64,000 nucleotides of DNA, from assembly GCF_009914755.1 (NCBI RefSeq), contig NC_060933.1; one strand, 5' to 3'. Under the pieces are notes generated by a model that made no database searches, had not been told where the DNA came from, and saw nothing but the letters and a program-made list of their open reading frames with translations. Below, one piece after another: positions 29,787 through 44,429 of the stretch. Position 1 is the first letter of the stretch. Every line of letters starts with the position of its first letter. A program made the translations under genes and the position numbers. Source of the stretch: the human T2T-CHM13v2.0 reference genome, Homo sapiens.

Positions 29787-32584
29787 AGAATCGTTTTCTT
29801 TAAATCAACTCACTTTTTGTTTAGCATTTGTTTGTGGTGTCACCGAAAGAGAAGGGCCCTAATTCAGGAATGTCTAATTGTTCCTCTGTGCACAGGGACT
29901 TCTCCGAGTTTGCAGAGCCAAGCGTGTATATATCTAAGGCTGCCCCCATGTTACTCCAGCCCAGAGTCCCACTGCATAAATAATACATGAGACGCGCTGT
30001 CTATATTTTCCATGGCGAGGCTGTGGATTAGAGCATGATACGATACATGGTATAATAAAAGCAGACGATCTATGCTGGTGTCATTTCAGCGCCTAGAACA
30101 TGGCTCTTCGCTTCCAAGCAGAGAGCAGGGATTGGAGAGGAAGGGCAGGCTCTGAGTGAGGACAGAGAGCTGGCCCTGGCGGGGCAGGCTGGGGCAGTGG
30201 GAAACGTCCCAAGTGGTCAGAGCTAGGTTTGAACCCTGGCTCTGCCACTTGCGAGGTGTGTGACTTGCAAGTCAAGTACGAGGAGGACCTTTGGTGTCCC
30301 TGCCAGGTCCCCCTTGAGTCCCCTCTGTGAGCACTGCCTCCGTTCCGCCAGCATCTCAAGGCTTGGCTTTGCAGCCATTGACTGGTGCCGGGTGCAAAAG
30401 CCCAGCTCCTGGCCTTGGGATGAGGCAAAGCTGAGGGTGCACTCTATGCTCCAGTGCACCTCGTGGGAGCAGGCTGAGCTCAGCCCTCTCTTAAACCCAC
30501 CCTATTGCTGTCTCCCTCTTCCCTTTCCTGCCTCCCTCACTCCTTACCAGCTTCTCCTTCGAGCTCTTCTTTCATGAAATCGCTTGCCCTGAAATCCTAG
30601 ACTAGGGTCTCCTCCTGGAAATACCCCTCTAAATAGCAAGGGACTTCGCCCCTGTGCGCCTCACTTATCTCATCTGTGAAATGGATATAACATTCCCTCC
30701 AGCATGCAGTTGGCACAAAGGGCCTCAGCATAGGGCCGTGCACATATCAACTGCCTAAGAAACGAATCTCTTCTGATTCATATGCAACACACAGGAACCT
30801 TGTCATGGTGCTGCTGAGGAATGAAGCATTGCCCCTGGGCAGCGGGGGGTGTCCTGGGAGCCCTGCACAGTGGTACGGAGGAAGCAGCTTTAGAAAACAT
30901 ATGTAGCCCCTCCCGGGCCCATCCACCTGCTCCTCATTAGAGACGTTCTCATCCTTAGCTCTCAGCGTACAGCACAGCCCCCTCGACGGTCAAGCAGGGT
31001 TGGTGCTTTGGGGGACAGTCAGTTACGAGACCAGGTTTGGCCTCTCACGTCGTCACTTCCTCAAGATGCGGCCTAGGTACGCGGGGGCCTGGGTTAGAGC
31101 ACGTGGATGTTTGACTGCAAAGTCATGTCTATTACGGGGGGGTGGGCGTGCAGATGGGGGTCTCTTCACAGAGAAGGCAGAGCCGATAGGCTGGCAGAGC
31201 AAAGAATGTTGAGCAGAGGCAACCTGGACCCTCCTGCCCATCCTGGGCCACCCACCTCTCGGGCCACATCCTTAAAAGAGAAGCAACTTGAATGAATAAT
31301 GGATCAATGGCGGACGTGCTCTTGCCTGAGAGCGGGCAGGGCAAGCTTCTCTTCTGTATCCTTTTGAGTACAAGGGAGATGATTTTGCAATTCTGCAAGC
31401 CACTTAAAAAAAGAAAAGGAAAGAGAAAAAAAGAGGAAGCTGCCCTGCCCTCCCGACCACTGCCCACAGTTCTTTGGGTGAAGGTCTTGGTTAAGCTGGG
31501 GCTAGACCTCCCCACCCCAGGCATGGTAATGGCAACACCATCCATTTGGATGGGGGCATCCGCTAGAGCTAAGGGCTTTGCAGCAATACATCATTTAACC
31601 AATCCAGAAGGTTGCAATTATCTTCCCATTACTGATGAGGAAAAGGAAGTGACCACCTGGGAAGCAGAGGAGACTCATGGCCTCCCCCGGCTGAGCTCTA
31701 ACCACCGAACCATCAGGCCCACCTCGCAGGAGCCTCTCCCACTTCCCCTCAGGGCCACAGATCCACTGGGTCCTTGCAAGAGCTGTCCCTGGCCTGGGAT
31801 GGGGTTTGTAACCTGAGGACTTTCCCCATGGGGTACAGGTGTGGGGGAGACCCCTTCCCCTGCTGCACCCCAGGGGCCTGGCTTCCCCAGCACCCCCTAC
31901 CTCACTCAGCCACGTCTCAAACCTGGGATTGAGGTTTCCTGCAGAAAAGAATCCTCAAAGCTGCCTTTGGTCCTTATTAAGTCAGCAACCCCCCTCCATG
32001 GAAGGAGGGTGCTGGGTAAGTTCCCTGCTCCTCTCCCGCCCTCTCCTCACCGCACCTTTCATCACAGGGAAAAATCCCAGGAGGGCCAGCGTCAGCTCAG
32101 CCTGAGTTACCAAGACAACGGCCTCTGCCCACTCGCCATGCGGCTTCTCCACCTCCCTGCGGCCCCCGCCCTCCACTCAGGGCCAGCGAGGCTCAGGCAG
32201 GTGCCCCCGCCACGGGGCTGTCAGCCTGGGTTGCAGGCCATGGCTTTCATCTGTGAGACTCTGCCTTCGAAGTGGATTGCATTCTCTCAGGTTCCAGGTG
32301 GTGAGATAATTGAGGAGGGAGTGACGAGGAGATGGAATGGAATCGTCTCCACTGTGGAAAAAGCTCTTGTCACGCTGCCTCCTCCTGCCGCCTGGTCTGG
32401 CCAAGCCCATTGTGGGCGACCAGGGCCCTGGGGAAGGACAGCACAGGGACCAAGACCAGGAGGCTGAGGAGTGAGACTGGCTGGGTACAAAGCCCAGCTC
32501 CACTGTTCTTAAGCTGTGTGACTTTGGGCAGGTTACTGGATCTCTCGGAGCCCTGGTACTGAATGGATGCTGATTACTGTCTCA

Positions 32585-32923
<339 letters not shown>

Positions 32924-33938
32924 GAGTGTGTGGACAGCCTGGAGGCTGGCACCTAGGAAACACTCAGTACATAAACTGCCTGCCCTGGCCCCAGCCTCCT
33001 TTGGGCGGAGCTCAGGAGGACGCCACCGCGGAGAAGGGGACTGACATTTACGAGGAGCTCCCCGAGCACCAGGCCCCGCTTAGTGCTCACACCTGCGCTG
33101 CCCAGGAGGGCACGTGAAGGCCCTGTCCATGGTTTGTTCGTTTCATGGGTGACACTAGAGGGAGGAGCACCTTGCCAACATTGCTGGGTAGGTAAGGCCA
33201 GGCGGCTGCCTCCTCCACCAGGCCTGTGTGATCCTGAAGCCCAGGCTCTTCCGCATAGCCGGCCTTCTTGGAGACATCGCTTGGTTTCTGCAGCAGCTGG
33301 ATGAAGAGCCTGCGGTTGGCAAAAGCAGGAAGACTGGGGCATCCCTGTGGCCCCTCGGCCCTCGCAGCAGCTCCTGCTTCCCAGGGCCACCCTCTGCTCT
33401 GAGCCTCTTCCTGGGCAGTAGTCGTGTTTTCCCAACCCCTGTCCTTCGGGTGACCTCAGAACTGTCACAAAAGCCCCGGGAGAGACAGAGAATCCAATCA
33501 CCAGTCATTAGGTGTCCTCTATAGAGTCTGCCCTGATGGAGAGGAGGACTATGAAAAGAGATCACAGCAGAATGAGTCAGTAAACTGATTAGCTGAATCC
33601 AATCAAATTTGGAAGGCCCTGGGTGGGGGGCTTCAGACTGGCGTGAGCAGACAGAGAATGAGGGGCTGAGGATGCATCCGGCTGGCCAGTAGCCCCGTCG
33701 TGCTCCATGTCCCATGAGGCAGTGGGCAGGAATGTAGGCAACTCAGTCAGGCCACACTGGCCGAAGACATTCTGCCAGCTGAGAAGGCGGCCCTCAAATC
33801 ACCAGGTGTGGCAAAGTCCCTTCCACAGTAGCAAGCATCTTTCAGCCCCAAAATGTTTAGAATTAAGTATAGATGTGTTTAAGAGAATCAAAACAATAAT
33901 AATAGTATTTTTGTCTCAAAAGTTTTCCTAACTTTACA

Positions 33939-34313
<375 letters not shown>

Positions 34314-35507
34314 AGACTTTTGCCGATTAAAGGACAAGGTCAGCCTCACGATTCTGACTTAAAATGTGAAACTGAGCACGTGGCTTAGACTTGAGACTTG
34401 AAGCTGCGCTCTGAGAAACTTTGGAAACAGTGCTGGAATTCACCACATCTGTAATTCAATGTGTTAGACGCACAAAAGATGTGCTTCAGTCTGTAGCGAG
34501 GCTGGTTTCTCAGTTGGGCCGTGGAAGTACTTACAAAGGAAACTGAATCGATTAAGTTTATTTATGCAGTTCAAAATGTTTCAAGGAGCTCCATGAACTG
34601 GTTTTGTAAATGGGACCAAACAGTAAGGAAATGGTCCTTAGAAGGGATTGTTCTGATGTGCTGGATTTTAAATAGAATAAGTAACATGTGTAAAGTGAAC
34701 TTAAAAGCTTAAGAAAGAAGAACATTTTTGAATGCGTAACATTCATGAAACAAATGTTAATGTTTAAAATCAAAGCCATTGTCTGAGTAATCTTTTCTGT
34801 GCACTAGAGCCACCCCAGAGAACAGCAAGCCACTGACAAAGATACATCCCTGTCCCCATTCAAACCTTGTTCCCCCTGTGTTCCGCACCTGCCATATCCC
34901 TTCCCAAGAGGTGAGCGTTCAAGGTGATAGGCTCGGCTGCTGTCACAGCCACAGGTTTACGGTTCATGGGCTAACGTCTGGTTTCAGCAGGACACGCTTG
35001 GGTGTCTAATAAAGGGGCTGCTCAGAGGCGGTTAGTTAACCCTCCCATTCAAGGGAGGAAGGATTCACTGAGCCCTGGCAATATCCAGGAGGAGATATTC
35101 AAGGCACCAATGAAGGTAACAGGAGCTAACAGTGCTACGGGGTTCATCATTTGTTAGGACCAGTGATGAAGCTTCATAGATATTAACTCGTATAATTGCT
35201 GTAACAACCCATTTCACCAATGAGAAAACTGAGAGGCAAGCTGATGAGGGGCGGCCCCAAAGACTTGGCCCCAGAGAGTCTGGCTGCAGAGCCTAAGCTC
35301 TTCCTCAGGCTCCTGTCCTTCAGGATCTTGCTCCGTCCTCCCACCACCCCTGTGAATTAGACATTGTTGTCCCATTCTGCAGATCAGTTAACTGAGGCTC
35401 AGGGAATCTGGAACCTCACCCAAGGCCACACAGTCACATGGGACAGAGATCGGCAGCTTCTGGCCCTTGCAACATCTGTGCAGCTCAAATCCAATGGGGG
35501 ATGGACT

Positions 35508-35803
35508 TTGTTATTGTTGAGACAGGGTCTCACTCTGTCGCCCAGGCTGGAGTGCAGTGATGGGATTATGGCTCATTGCAACCTTGACCTCCCGAGCTCA
35601 ATGGATCCTCCCGCTTCAGTCTCTTGAGTAGCTGGAACTACAGGCATGCACCACCATGCCCAGCTAATTTTTTTTGTATTTTTTGTAGAGACAGGGTTTT
35701 GCCATGTTGCCCGGGCTGGTCTTGAATTCCTGAGCGCAAACAATCTGCCTGTCTCGGCCTCCCAAAGTGTTGGGATTATAAGCATGAGGCACCTTGCCTG
35801 GCC
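35508..35803 (-). mobile_element. AluJ-like
   Basis: Reverse Alu body. Confidence 0.88.
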
Positions 35804-36166
35804 GGGCCATGGCCTTTCAACAGATGGTACTGAATGGTTTTGAATTATAGTCATACTGGTGTTTTGCAGGCCAAGGGCAGGAGCTCAGAGTGTGCAGCAA
35901 GAAGACCTGGCCTGGTCTTGGGACAGGAGGGGCACACCCGAGGAGGTGGTGTTGACACTGAGACCTGACAGATCTCAGCTGTGGCCAGGTGCGAGTACAC
36001 CTGGTGAGGAGGGGCCAAGGACCTGCTCACTGAGGAACAGCCTCCGTGAAAGCCAAGGCAGGAGGGCACTGGAGGGGTGCCCGGCGGGTGCTGGGGAAAG
36101 AGGTGGGGTGGGACAGGCTGCAGAGAGGGCAGGAGCCAGGTGGGACACTTTGAAGGTGTATCCTGA

Positions 36167-36169
36167 CTT

Positions 36170-36204
<35 letters not shown>

Positions 36205-36441
36205 TTTTGAGATGGGGTCTTGCTCTGTCACCCAGGCTAGAGTGCTGTGGTGTGATCCCCCTGCCTCAGCCTTCTGAGTAGCTGGGACTTATAGCCATGT
36301 GCCACCACACCCAGCTATTTAAAACAATATTTTGTAGAGACAGGATCCCAGTAGGTTGCCCAGGCTGGTCTCAAACTCCTGGGCTCCTGCCTCAGCCTCC
36401 CAAAGTACTGGATTACAGGTGTGACGCCACCGTGCCTGGCT
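36167..36441 (-). mobile_element. AluJ-like with internal deletions, (TTTA)n tail
   Basis: Reverse Alu with missing segments. Confidence 0.85.
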
Positions 36442-38344
36442 CCATCCTAACTTTGGACCTTCTCCTGAGAACACCTGGAGGTGATGGCAGGGTTTTGAGC
36501 ATGAAAGGAATAAGGTTAGCCGCATGTTTGTAAGCCACCTGTCCCAGGAGGGCAGCAGGATGAGGCAGGGGAGTGGGCTGCCACGGGCGTCCAGGCGAGC
36601 AGCTGGAGCCAGGACTGACCTGGTGGCACAGAGACCAGCAAGGTGTGCCCGTGGAGAGTTGTTTAGAAGACAGCATGGATAGGGGTTGGCCGCGATGGGG
36701 TGGGGAGGGACTGGGAAAGAGGAGGCCCCTCGGGGCAAGCTGGGCCATGGGTGTGGTGTGTGGATGTCTCTCCGCATAGAGCCCTTGCCTGCCACACCAG
36801 GGCCCAGACCCGAGGGCCTTTCCCCGGCCCAGGATGAGGCACGGAGGGCTGTGCTGTTGGACCGAGAAATGTCGCCGCAGGGGCTGTGGCATACTGGCCT
36901 CTGTGGAACCCCCCCCCAGCCTGGCCTGAGGTGCCCTCCTGGCGACCTGAACCGCTTAACTCCTCCCAGAGGAGTCCGGGTAATTCGGTCTCTGTGTTTA
37001 CTCCTGCGGTGAGCGCCTCTGAATCTTTCATCTTGACTGCTGACTGTATCAAAATTCCCGTGGTAATTGGATCAGGTGCAGTATTTTCCATGAGGATATT
37101 AAATCAGGCCTTCTGCCCATGTCCAGAACGATCCGTTTCAGAATATAAAGACGCAGGAGATGGCATTACCCAAGGTATTTTTCCTCCTTTAAACTTCCCC
37201 CCCATCTTAATCATGGCAGCTCTTTATTTGTTGCCAAATAAATTGGGTCGTCCTCCCCTCCCCCAGTTTGTAGCCAAAGGAAAGGAAAGATTCTTGTGCG
37301 TGGAAGTGGGAGACTGGGGGGTGTGAGCGAAGCAGCCAGGTGGGGCATGTGGGGTTGGATGGCAGTGCCCAGAGTCACCCAGGAGGGTCCCACCTCCAGG
37401 GGACCCGTGGACCTAGGCAGAGTCCTCAACAGAGGGGAAGAGTTCAGTCAGACACTGCCCTCATTCTCCCAATCAGACCCAGGAATGGCCACTTGGGGAG
37501 GAGGTTTGGGCACCCAGCATTGGTGGAAGCTCCTCGTCAGCCAGCCTGGCCCCATAGCCAACCTCAAGATGGGACATTTTAACTGTCCTTAAAACACCGC
37601 AGGAGAGAAGCTCATGGATATGGCAAGACTCCGGATGGGGAGGGAGTTGGAAAGAAGCTCCGAGACATTTAGTTGTTTAAAATGATAGGCGAGGGAGAGT
37701 ACTAAGGTCAGTTCGGAGGCTGAGGAGGCCACGGCCGAATGGCTCTGTCATTTGGAAGGATGGGGTGGCAGTTGCACAACCGTGTGAAAGAACAAAATGC
37801 CACCAAATTGTTCACTTTCAAATGGGTAATGTTATGTTATGTGCATTTCATTTCCATTTTTAAAAAGCAGCTCTTGTCAAAATGCTGTGTTACCTACCAA
37901 AGACTTACTTCCATCATTCAGCCAATATTGATCAATATTGATCGAGCCTGCATTCTGTGCCAGGCATGGGTCTAGGCCCCCAGGATGTAACCGTGAACAC
38001 AGCAAAGATCCCTGCCCTCGGGGAGCTGACATCAGAGAGGGGGAGTGGGAGACAGACAATGAGAAGTGGGGTGAAAAGTGCTGGGCAGAAAAAAGAGGCA
38101 GGGAAGGAGGTGGGCAGTGAGAAGGCAACATGGAGCAGAGCCCAGGGGAGGGGAGCGGAGGCAGGAAGCGGAGGGACGGCGTGGAGGCGAGTATAGGGGA
38201 GCACAGAAGGAGGGGGAGAGCTTTGGAGGGTCTCGAGCAGAAGGGAGGGCAAGAGGGTCTCTCTGGTTGCTGGGGCAGGATGGATTTCAGGGGGCAGAAG
38301 CCATCACAGGGATTCTACTGGGCAGCCAGTGCAGTTATGGAGGT

Positions 38345-39060
38345 GGAAACGCAAATTAAAACCACAAAGAGAACTCAGTACACAGCTGCCAAAGTGGAGA
38401 AAAATTAAAGACAGACAACACCAAGCATTGATGTCCACACAGAGAAACTGGAATGCTCCCACATTGCTGTGGGCTATAAAACATCCTGGCCACATTGAAG
38501 AAGAACATGGCAGTTTCTCATGAAGTTAAACATACATCTCCCCTGTGACCCAACAATCCCACTGCTGGGCCCATACCCGAGGGAAATGAGTGCTTATATT
38601 CACAAAAAGACTCACTCCAAAACATTCATAGCAGCTTTGTTCATAATAGCCCCAAATTAGAAACAACCCAAATGTCTACCCACAGGAGGGTGGATGCACA
38701 AACTATGGTCAGTTCACAGAATGGAATACTACACAGCAGTGAAAAAGAACCAAATCCTGACACTTGTAATGAAGCGGATGGATCTCACCTACTTTAATGG
38801 TGAACAAATAAGAAAATAGACACAAAAGAGTCCCTATTATAGGATTCCATTGGTCTGAAGTTCTAGAAGTTGTTGACTGTGCTCTGGTGATAGAAGACAG
38901 AGGTGATCTCGATGGCAGTGGGCAGAAGGATGAGGGAACTTCTGGGAGTGACAAATGTTCTTTGCCTTGATCTGTGGTCTCATGTGTGCATACACATGTA
39001 AAAATTCATTGAGCTACATAATTGTAATGCATGCATTTCACTGAATGTAAATTACACACA
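38345..39060 (+). mobile_element. Ancient L1M (L1ME/MC-like) 3' region
   Basis: GCAAATTAAAACCACA, GACCCAACAATCCCACT, TTCATAGCAGCTTTGTTCATAATAGCCCCAAA, AAAATTCATTGAGCT. Confidence 0.8.
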
Positions 39061-42000
39061 CCCCCCCTCCCCCAACACACACACACACAAAGTGGCAATG
39101 GAGAGAGGATGGTGGCTCCAACCAGGTTGTAGTACGGTTGGGGGGCAGGAGGGAGACAGAGGGCCTGGAGAAACTGTGCTCCCTCCGGGCTCGCTACATC
39201 CAGGCCTGGGCCACCTGGAATTCCAGCCACCTCCTGCCCTTCCTGTGGTCCCTCACTTTGGGTGGGGCAACTGGGATGGGCAGATGTCCCTTCATGGGGA
39301 CAGGTGGCCTGGGGAAGTGGTTATTGACTTCAGGGACCTGGCTTGTTTGTCTAGCGGGGGAGGGGCTGGCGGCGAGCATCACAGGACCAGATTCCTGATT
39401 ATAACTTCATAACGGGCACTGGTGATTCGGGAGGTGCTGATATTTATGGAATAAATACAGTGCAATTTATGGCCGTATCTCCCTCTGATGTCCCATCTGA
39501 TATGCAATTCAATTTCTTTTATTGTTTTTGGGCTTTTGCCATGGAGGAGAATGCATAAATAAATAAATATGTGGGCAAATGGCAGCCGGCGGGCCAGGCC
39601 GGGGCTGCCAGCCCGCCGTCTCCAGTCCCATATTAGGCCCATCGATCACACGTTATGAAGCCGGAGCCTGTCCCCCGGCTGGGATGAGCAGCAGACGTGC
39701 CGGTCACTCCCTGTTATTTAGGGGCCTCCGTTGGCGGGCTGCCCTGCCTGCCCTCTGCGTGCCACTGGGCCGTGGTGTCCATACTCAGGACCCAAGCCCA
39801 TGCCGCTCTGCCACTCGATTGCAGGAATCCTGGAGGATTCTGCCCAGGGCCCAGGAGGGCATGTCCCAGCCCTTCTGTGGGCTGAGAGCACTGAGGACTT
39901 CCCCCTGCCCTCCTCTCCCATGGGAACCCCACGCCCCACAGGGTGAGGCTGCCGGGCTCTCTCACAGGCACCTTCCTGCTTCCATGCCCAACGGGCATGC
40001 CAGAAGTTCCGTTCTGGAGTCAAACCACATCTTCAAAAACCAAGCACCAGCATCTCTGAGCCCTGGGACCCTCGGTAAGTCCCCCATCCCTGCGCCTCGC
40101 TTCTTCATCTGAGCACAGGAGAGCAGCCTCTGTCCCAGGGCTGCCTGGAGGATGGCGGGAGGCCCTGCATGCGTGGGCACAGGCCAGGCACCCACTGCAC
40201 AGAGTCGGACGGGGACCGTGCTAGCCGTGCCAGGTGCGGGGGATGCGCGAACCGGCCGACAGCGGCCCAGCCCTTCGCGGGGCCCTGCCCTCGGAGTCAC
40301 AGAGAGGCTCAGTGGCTGAGCCTGGGGTCATCATTGATCCCCAGGACTGTCCCCTGCTGGGGACCGGACACCAGCCTGTGGGAGGACTTAGCTGGAGAGG
40401 CCACAGCCTCTCCTCGGTCCCCATCTCGGGTGGACCCCTGGGCTCCGAGATTCAAGTGGGCTGCCGAGTCCCTCCCCGTGCTCTTGGGCCAGCCACTAGC
40501 CTGGAGCCGCCCACTTCCTGCTGAGTCCCTCCCCGTGGTCTTGGACCTGCCACTGGCCTGGAGCCCCCCACTTCCAGGTGCTCCCATCCTGTGTCTCCCC
40601 GATCCCAGAGCACCCTGGGCCAGGCTGGGACTTATCTACAACAAGCTCACAGCTCCGCTCCTGCATAGCTCCAGTGACCACCACGGGCCTCGCTCCGCCA
40701 CCAGTCCCAGCCGCCTTCCTCCTTTGGCTGTGCTGAGGGCTCCTGCGCCAGGCCTGTCCCCCTCAGGGCCCCATGGGTCCTGCCACACACACAGATACAT
40801 CCCACAGCCACACACCACGTGCACACACACATACGCACCCACAACACACGCACACACACGCCGCCAACATGCACACATGTACACACACACAAACACACAC
40901 CAACACACAGATACCCTTCCCACGTCCTCCCCTCACAGATCCCAGTGGAAACCCGATAGCCCCCAGCACATCCTTGAGACACGTGTGTGCATGAAAATCA
41001 ATTTGCAAAGAATATCCCCATTGCAGAGACGGGGGTGGGGACTGACAATAAACTATGGAGAAGACTGATCTCCGCGGAGACCTGAAGGGGAAGACAAGGG
41101 GCTGCAGTGGGGAGGGTGCTCCGAGCAGAGGGAGCGACGTGCATGTGAAAGCTCTGGCAGTCCTCACATAGCTCCCCAAGCAGGGGGAGACCTAGCCGGA
41201 CACTGAGGCTGTGGACTGTCCTAAATGGGGTTTGTCCTGGAAGCTGGGAGAAGTGGGGAAGGACAGGGCCAGGAGGCTGCTAAGAGAGTTGGAGAACTGG
41301 GTTTCAATCCTGCCTGACCCTCTCAGGATCAGCGATCTCAGGCAAAGCCCTCTGCTTCCCTGAGCCTCAGTGTTCTCATCTGCAGCCTGGGGGCAACGCC
41401 CCTCCCTCATAAGATCATCTTGAGGATGAATCTGGATGGTTTGTATGGCAGGTGGTGGGGACGGAGCCTGGCCCAATGGGGGTGAGCAGGAGGGGTCACC
41501 TCTCTGATTCTGACACAGCGGGGGGTGCCCCCTAACCCCACCTACTCTGAGTGGCCCCCATTTTTACCCTGTCCCGCGGAGGGTTGGGGGTTATACTGAA
41601 TCCACCTCTCTGTCCCCCAGGGGCCTCCACCAGGCCGTGCCTCCTGGGCAGGCATAGACTTGGCAGCTTTACAGTTTTATTTTCTGAGCCCCCTCGCCTG
41701 GCCTTCACATCAGCCCCAGCAGGCGGCAGAAATTTCCCGCGGCCTATGCAGGGCCCCATTTGCGCATCGCCGGGAATGCTAATCGGCTCCTGGCGGTCCC
41801 AGGCGGAGAATCCCGCCTTTCCCTGACATTTGTAAAGTTCACGTTTTCAAAATAAAGCCACGTGAAGGGCGAGGCACTCGCAGATCACTTCCCTGTCACC
41901 GGCCTGCTGGCTCCTTCCCTGCCCTTGGCCTTCACTCCCCCGCTTAAAAGCCATCAGTCCTGGGAGAACAGCCACCCCCCTCCCCGAGCTTCGCTGGCCA

Positions 42001-44429
42001 GTTCCTTTCTCCCAGCCTTCTGCCTGCTTTCTGCCCTCCCTCCCTCCTTTCACACACTCACCCATTCACTTGTTCTTTCATTCTGCACTATTTATTGAGC
42101 ACCTAGTGCACATCCTTCCTGGGTGTATGTCAAGGACACAGCAGGAAGCCCCAGGATTCTTGTCCCCAGGAGCTGACAGTCAAGTGGGAAAGAGGGACAT
42201 GAAATACTCACTTAATGACAAGTGTGAGAAATGCCACAAAGTTGGAAGCAGGGGAGGTGTCACAGGGTTGGGGCACCAGGGACTGCTTCCCTGAGGAAGT
42301 GGCATCACCCCAGGCCTAGAGGAGGAGCAGGAGTCAGCCGCCACCCCACCCTGGCGAGAAGAGGCAGAAGGGCATTTCAGGACCCGCGGGTGCAAAGTCC
42401 TGGGATGGGGGGGCCAGGGATGCCTGAGGGTCTAGAAGAGGCCCGTGAGTTCTGGAGTCTTAGGAGCTTCAGCTCAAGAGATCCCCTTTACCCGAGGGGA
42501 ATGGGGGCCCTGCAGGGTCGTGCCAGGCCCCTGGTGCGGACTGGGGTCCTGCTCAGGTGAGGCTCAGTGCACGTGGCGCTCAGATGGCCAGGCCCTAGGG
42601 CAGCCGGAGCTGTGCATGTGCCTCCCGTCCCTGGATGGGTTCTGCTGACTTACACTTGGGTTATAACTGGGTTCTGGTGACTTATAATTGCTGTTTCCTT
42701 GTCCTCAGCAGAAAGAGCTCGGAAACGAAATTATTGTTTAAGGACAGCCTCCCTGCAGTGAGAACTGCTGGCGAAGACCAGTGTCTTCCTCCTGCAGCCG
42801 CACAGCAGCAAGCGAGGCCGAGCTCATGGCCTGAGGGGGCAGACGGGCCACAAACAGACAAGCAAAAACATGCCCAGCAGGTGCGGTGAGGGCTAGGGGG
42901 GAAAACCCGCAGAGTGGCAGGGGAGTCCTGGGGAAGGTCAGCAGGAGGGTCTGGGACGGCCTCTCCATAAAGGGATGCAGAAGAAAGTGTGGGAAGAGCG
43001 TTCCAGGCACGAGGAGCAGCAAGTGCAAAGGCCCCGAGGTGGAAACGTGCTCTGTGTGATCGGGAAGGAGGCCCGTGTGGCTGCAGCCAGCCCAGTGGGC
43101 AAGGGGACAGGATGGCAGGTGTGGTCACTGAAACCAGAACTGGGTAGGGGGCAATCAAGTAGTGCCTCCTGTAGGGACAGTGAGGCCCGCAGAGCTGGGG
43201 CAGAGGCCGCTGGAGAACCCAGGGAGGAAAGGCTCTCATTTGAAGCAGCACACATTCACCCCTGACTCCCGCTTCATTGATTCACCATCATTCATTCACT
43301 CTCACTCATTCATTCCTTTTCTGTCCATTCTTCCGTCCACTTCCCATTCATTTGTCAGCTTTCATTCATCCCCTCTGCCTTTTGTGAGCATCTACCCTGC
43401 CACCTGCCCAGGGGAGGAGTCAGACCCACTCCCTGCCTGCCCTCAAAGGGCTCCTCGTCTGTGGTGGGGTCAGAGGTACAACAAAGCCCACTGTAGGGGC
43501 CTGAGGTGTTTAATCCACCCACGGGATGGGTTCCTGGATCCCTGGCCGGGCCCATCTGTGGGTGACACGTGGCACTGTGAGCTGTGGGGGCCGTATCTGG
43601 GCACTGGGCAGGGGGTGCTGTATCAGTGTGGACGTGGCTGCCAGCATTTTATAGGGAAGTGCCAGGCCCAACGGAAGCTGCTGGGGACCCTGGGTCCCCA
43701 GAGGAAGTGGCAGTGGGGGCCAGCAGGGGCCAGAGGCTGGGGCTGGAGCCTCTCACTGGTGGGGGGACAGCCTGGACCCCTGGGAGAGCCTTGGGAAAGG
43801 GAAGCCACTCTAGGCAGGCCTCAGAGGACATCCTTTGCTTCCCTTTATCATACAGATGGGAACCCTGAGGCCCAGAGAGGGGAAGGGACCTGCCCAAGGA
43901 CACACAGCGTGGGAGGGGCCGAGCCAGGAGAAGTCTGGCCTCCTGGGTTCCTCTGGGCACAGAACTTCAGCACTGACAACGGCTTCCCCATCTCCCCCAG
44001 GCCTGCTCCTGGACCGGCGACCCTGTCTGAGCACAGCACGCCCACCCAGGGCCCAGCCAGAGACCCAGAGCCAGCCTCAGCTTTGCTCACCACCCCGCCA
44101 GCCCAACTGGGTGATTTTCTGTCCCCAGTGCCTTCTGGCACAGATACCCCCATGCCCAGGGGCCACAGTTTGCTTCCCGGGTCCTGCAGACCCCAGCTCC
44201 TCCCTGCTCCTGTTTAGGCTACCACCTCATTCTCCTCGGGTCCCTGCAGCAGCTGCCAAACCATTTCTGCTTCCACACCACCCCCAGCGGGCCAATCTCC
44301 CTGCACATCCCAAGAGAAAATCTTCCCACAGCTCCCCATGGCCCCCCGGTGAAGTCCAGGCTCTCCAGCAGGATGTCCTGGGCCCTTCTTGGCTCCCCTT
44401 TTCCACCCTCCCCACTCCTCAAATGCCCA

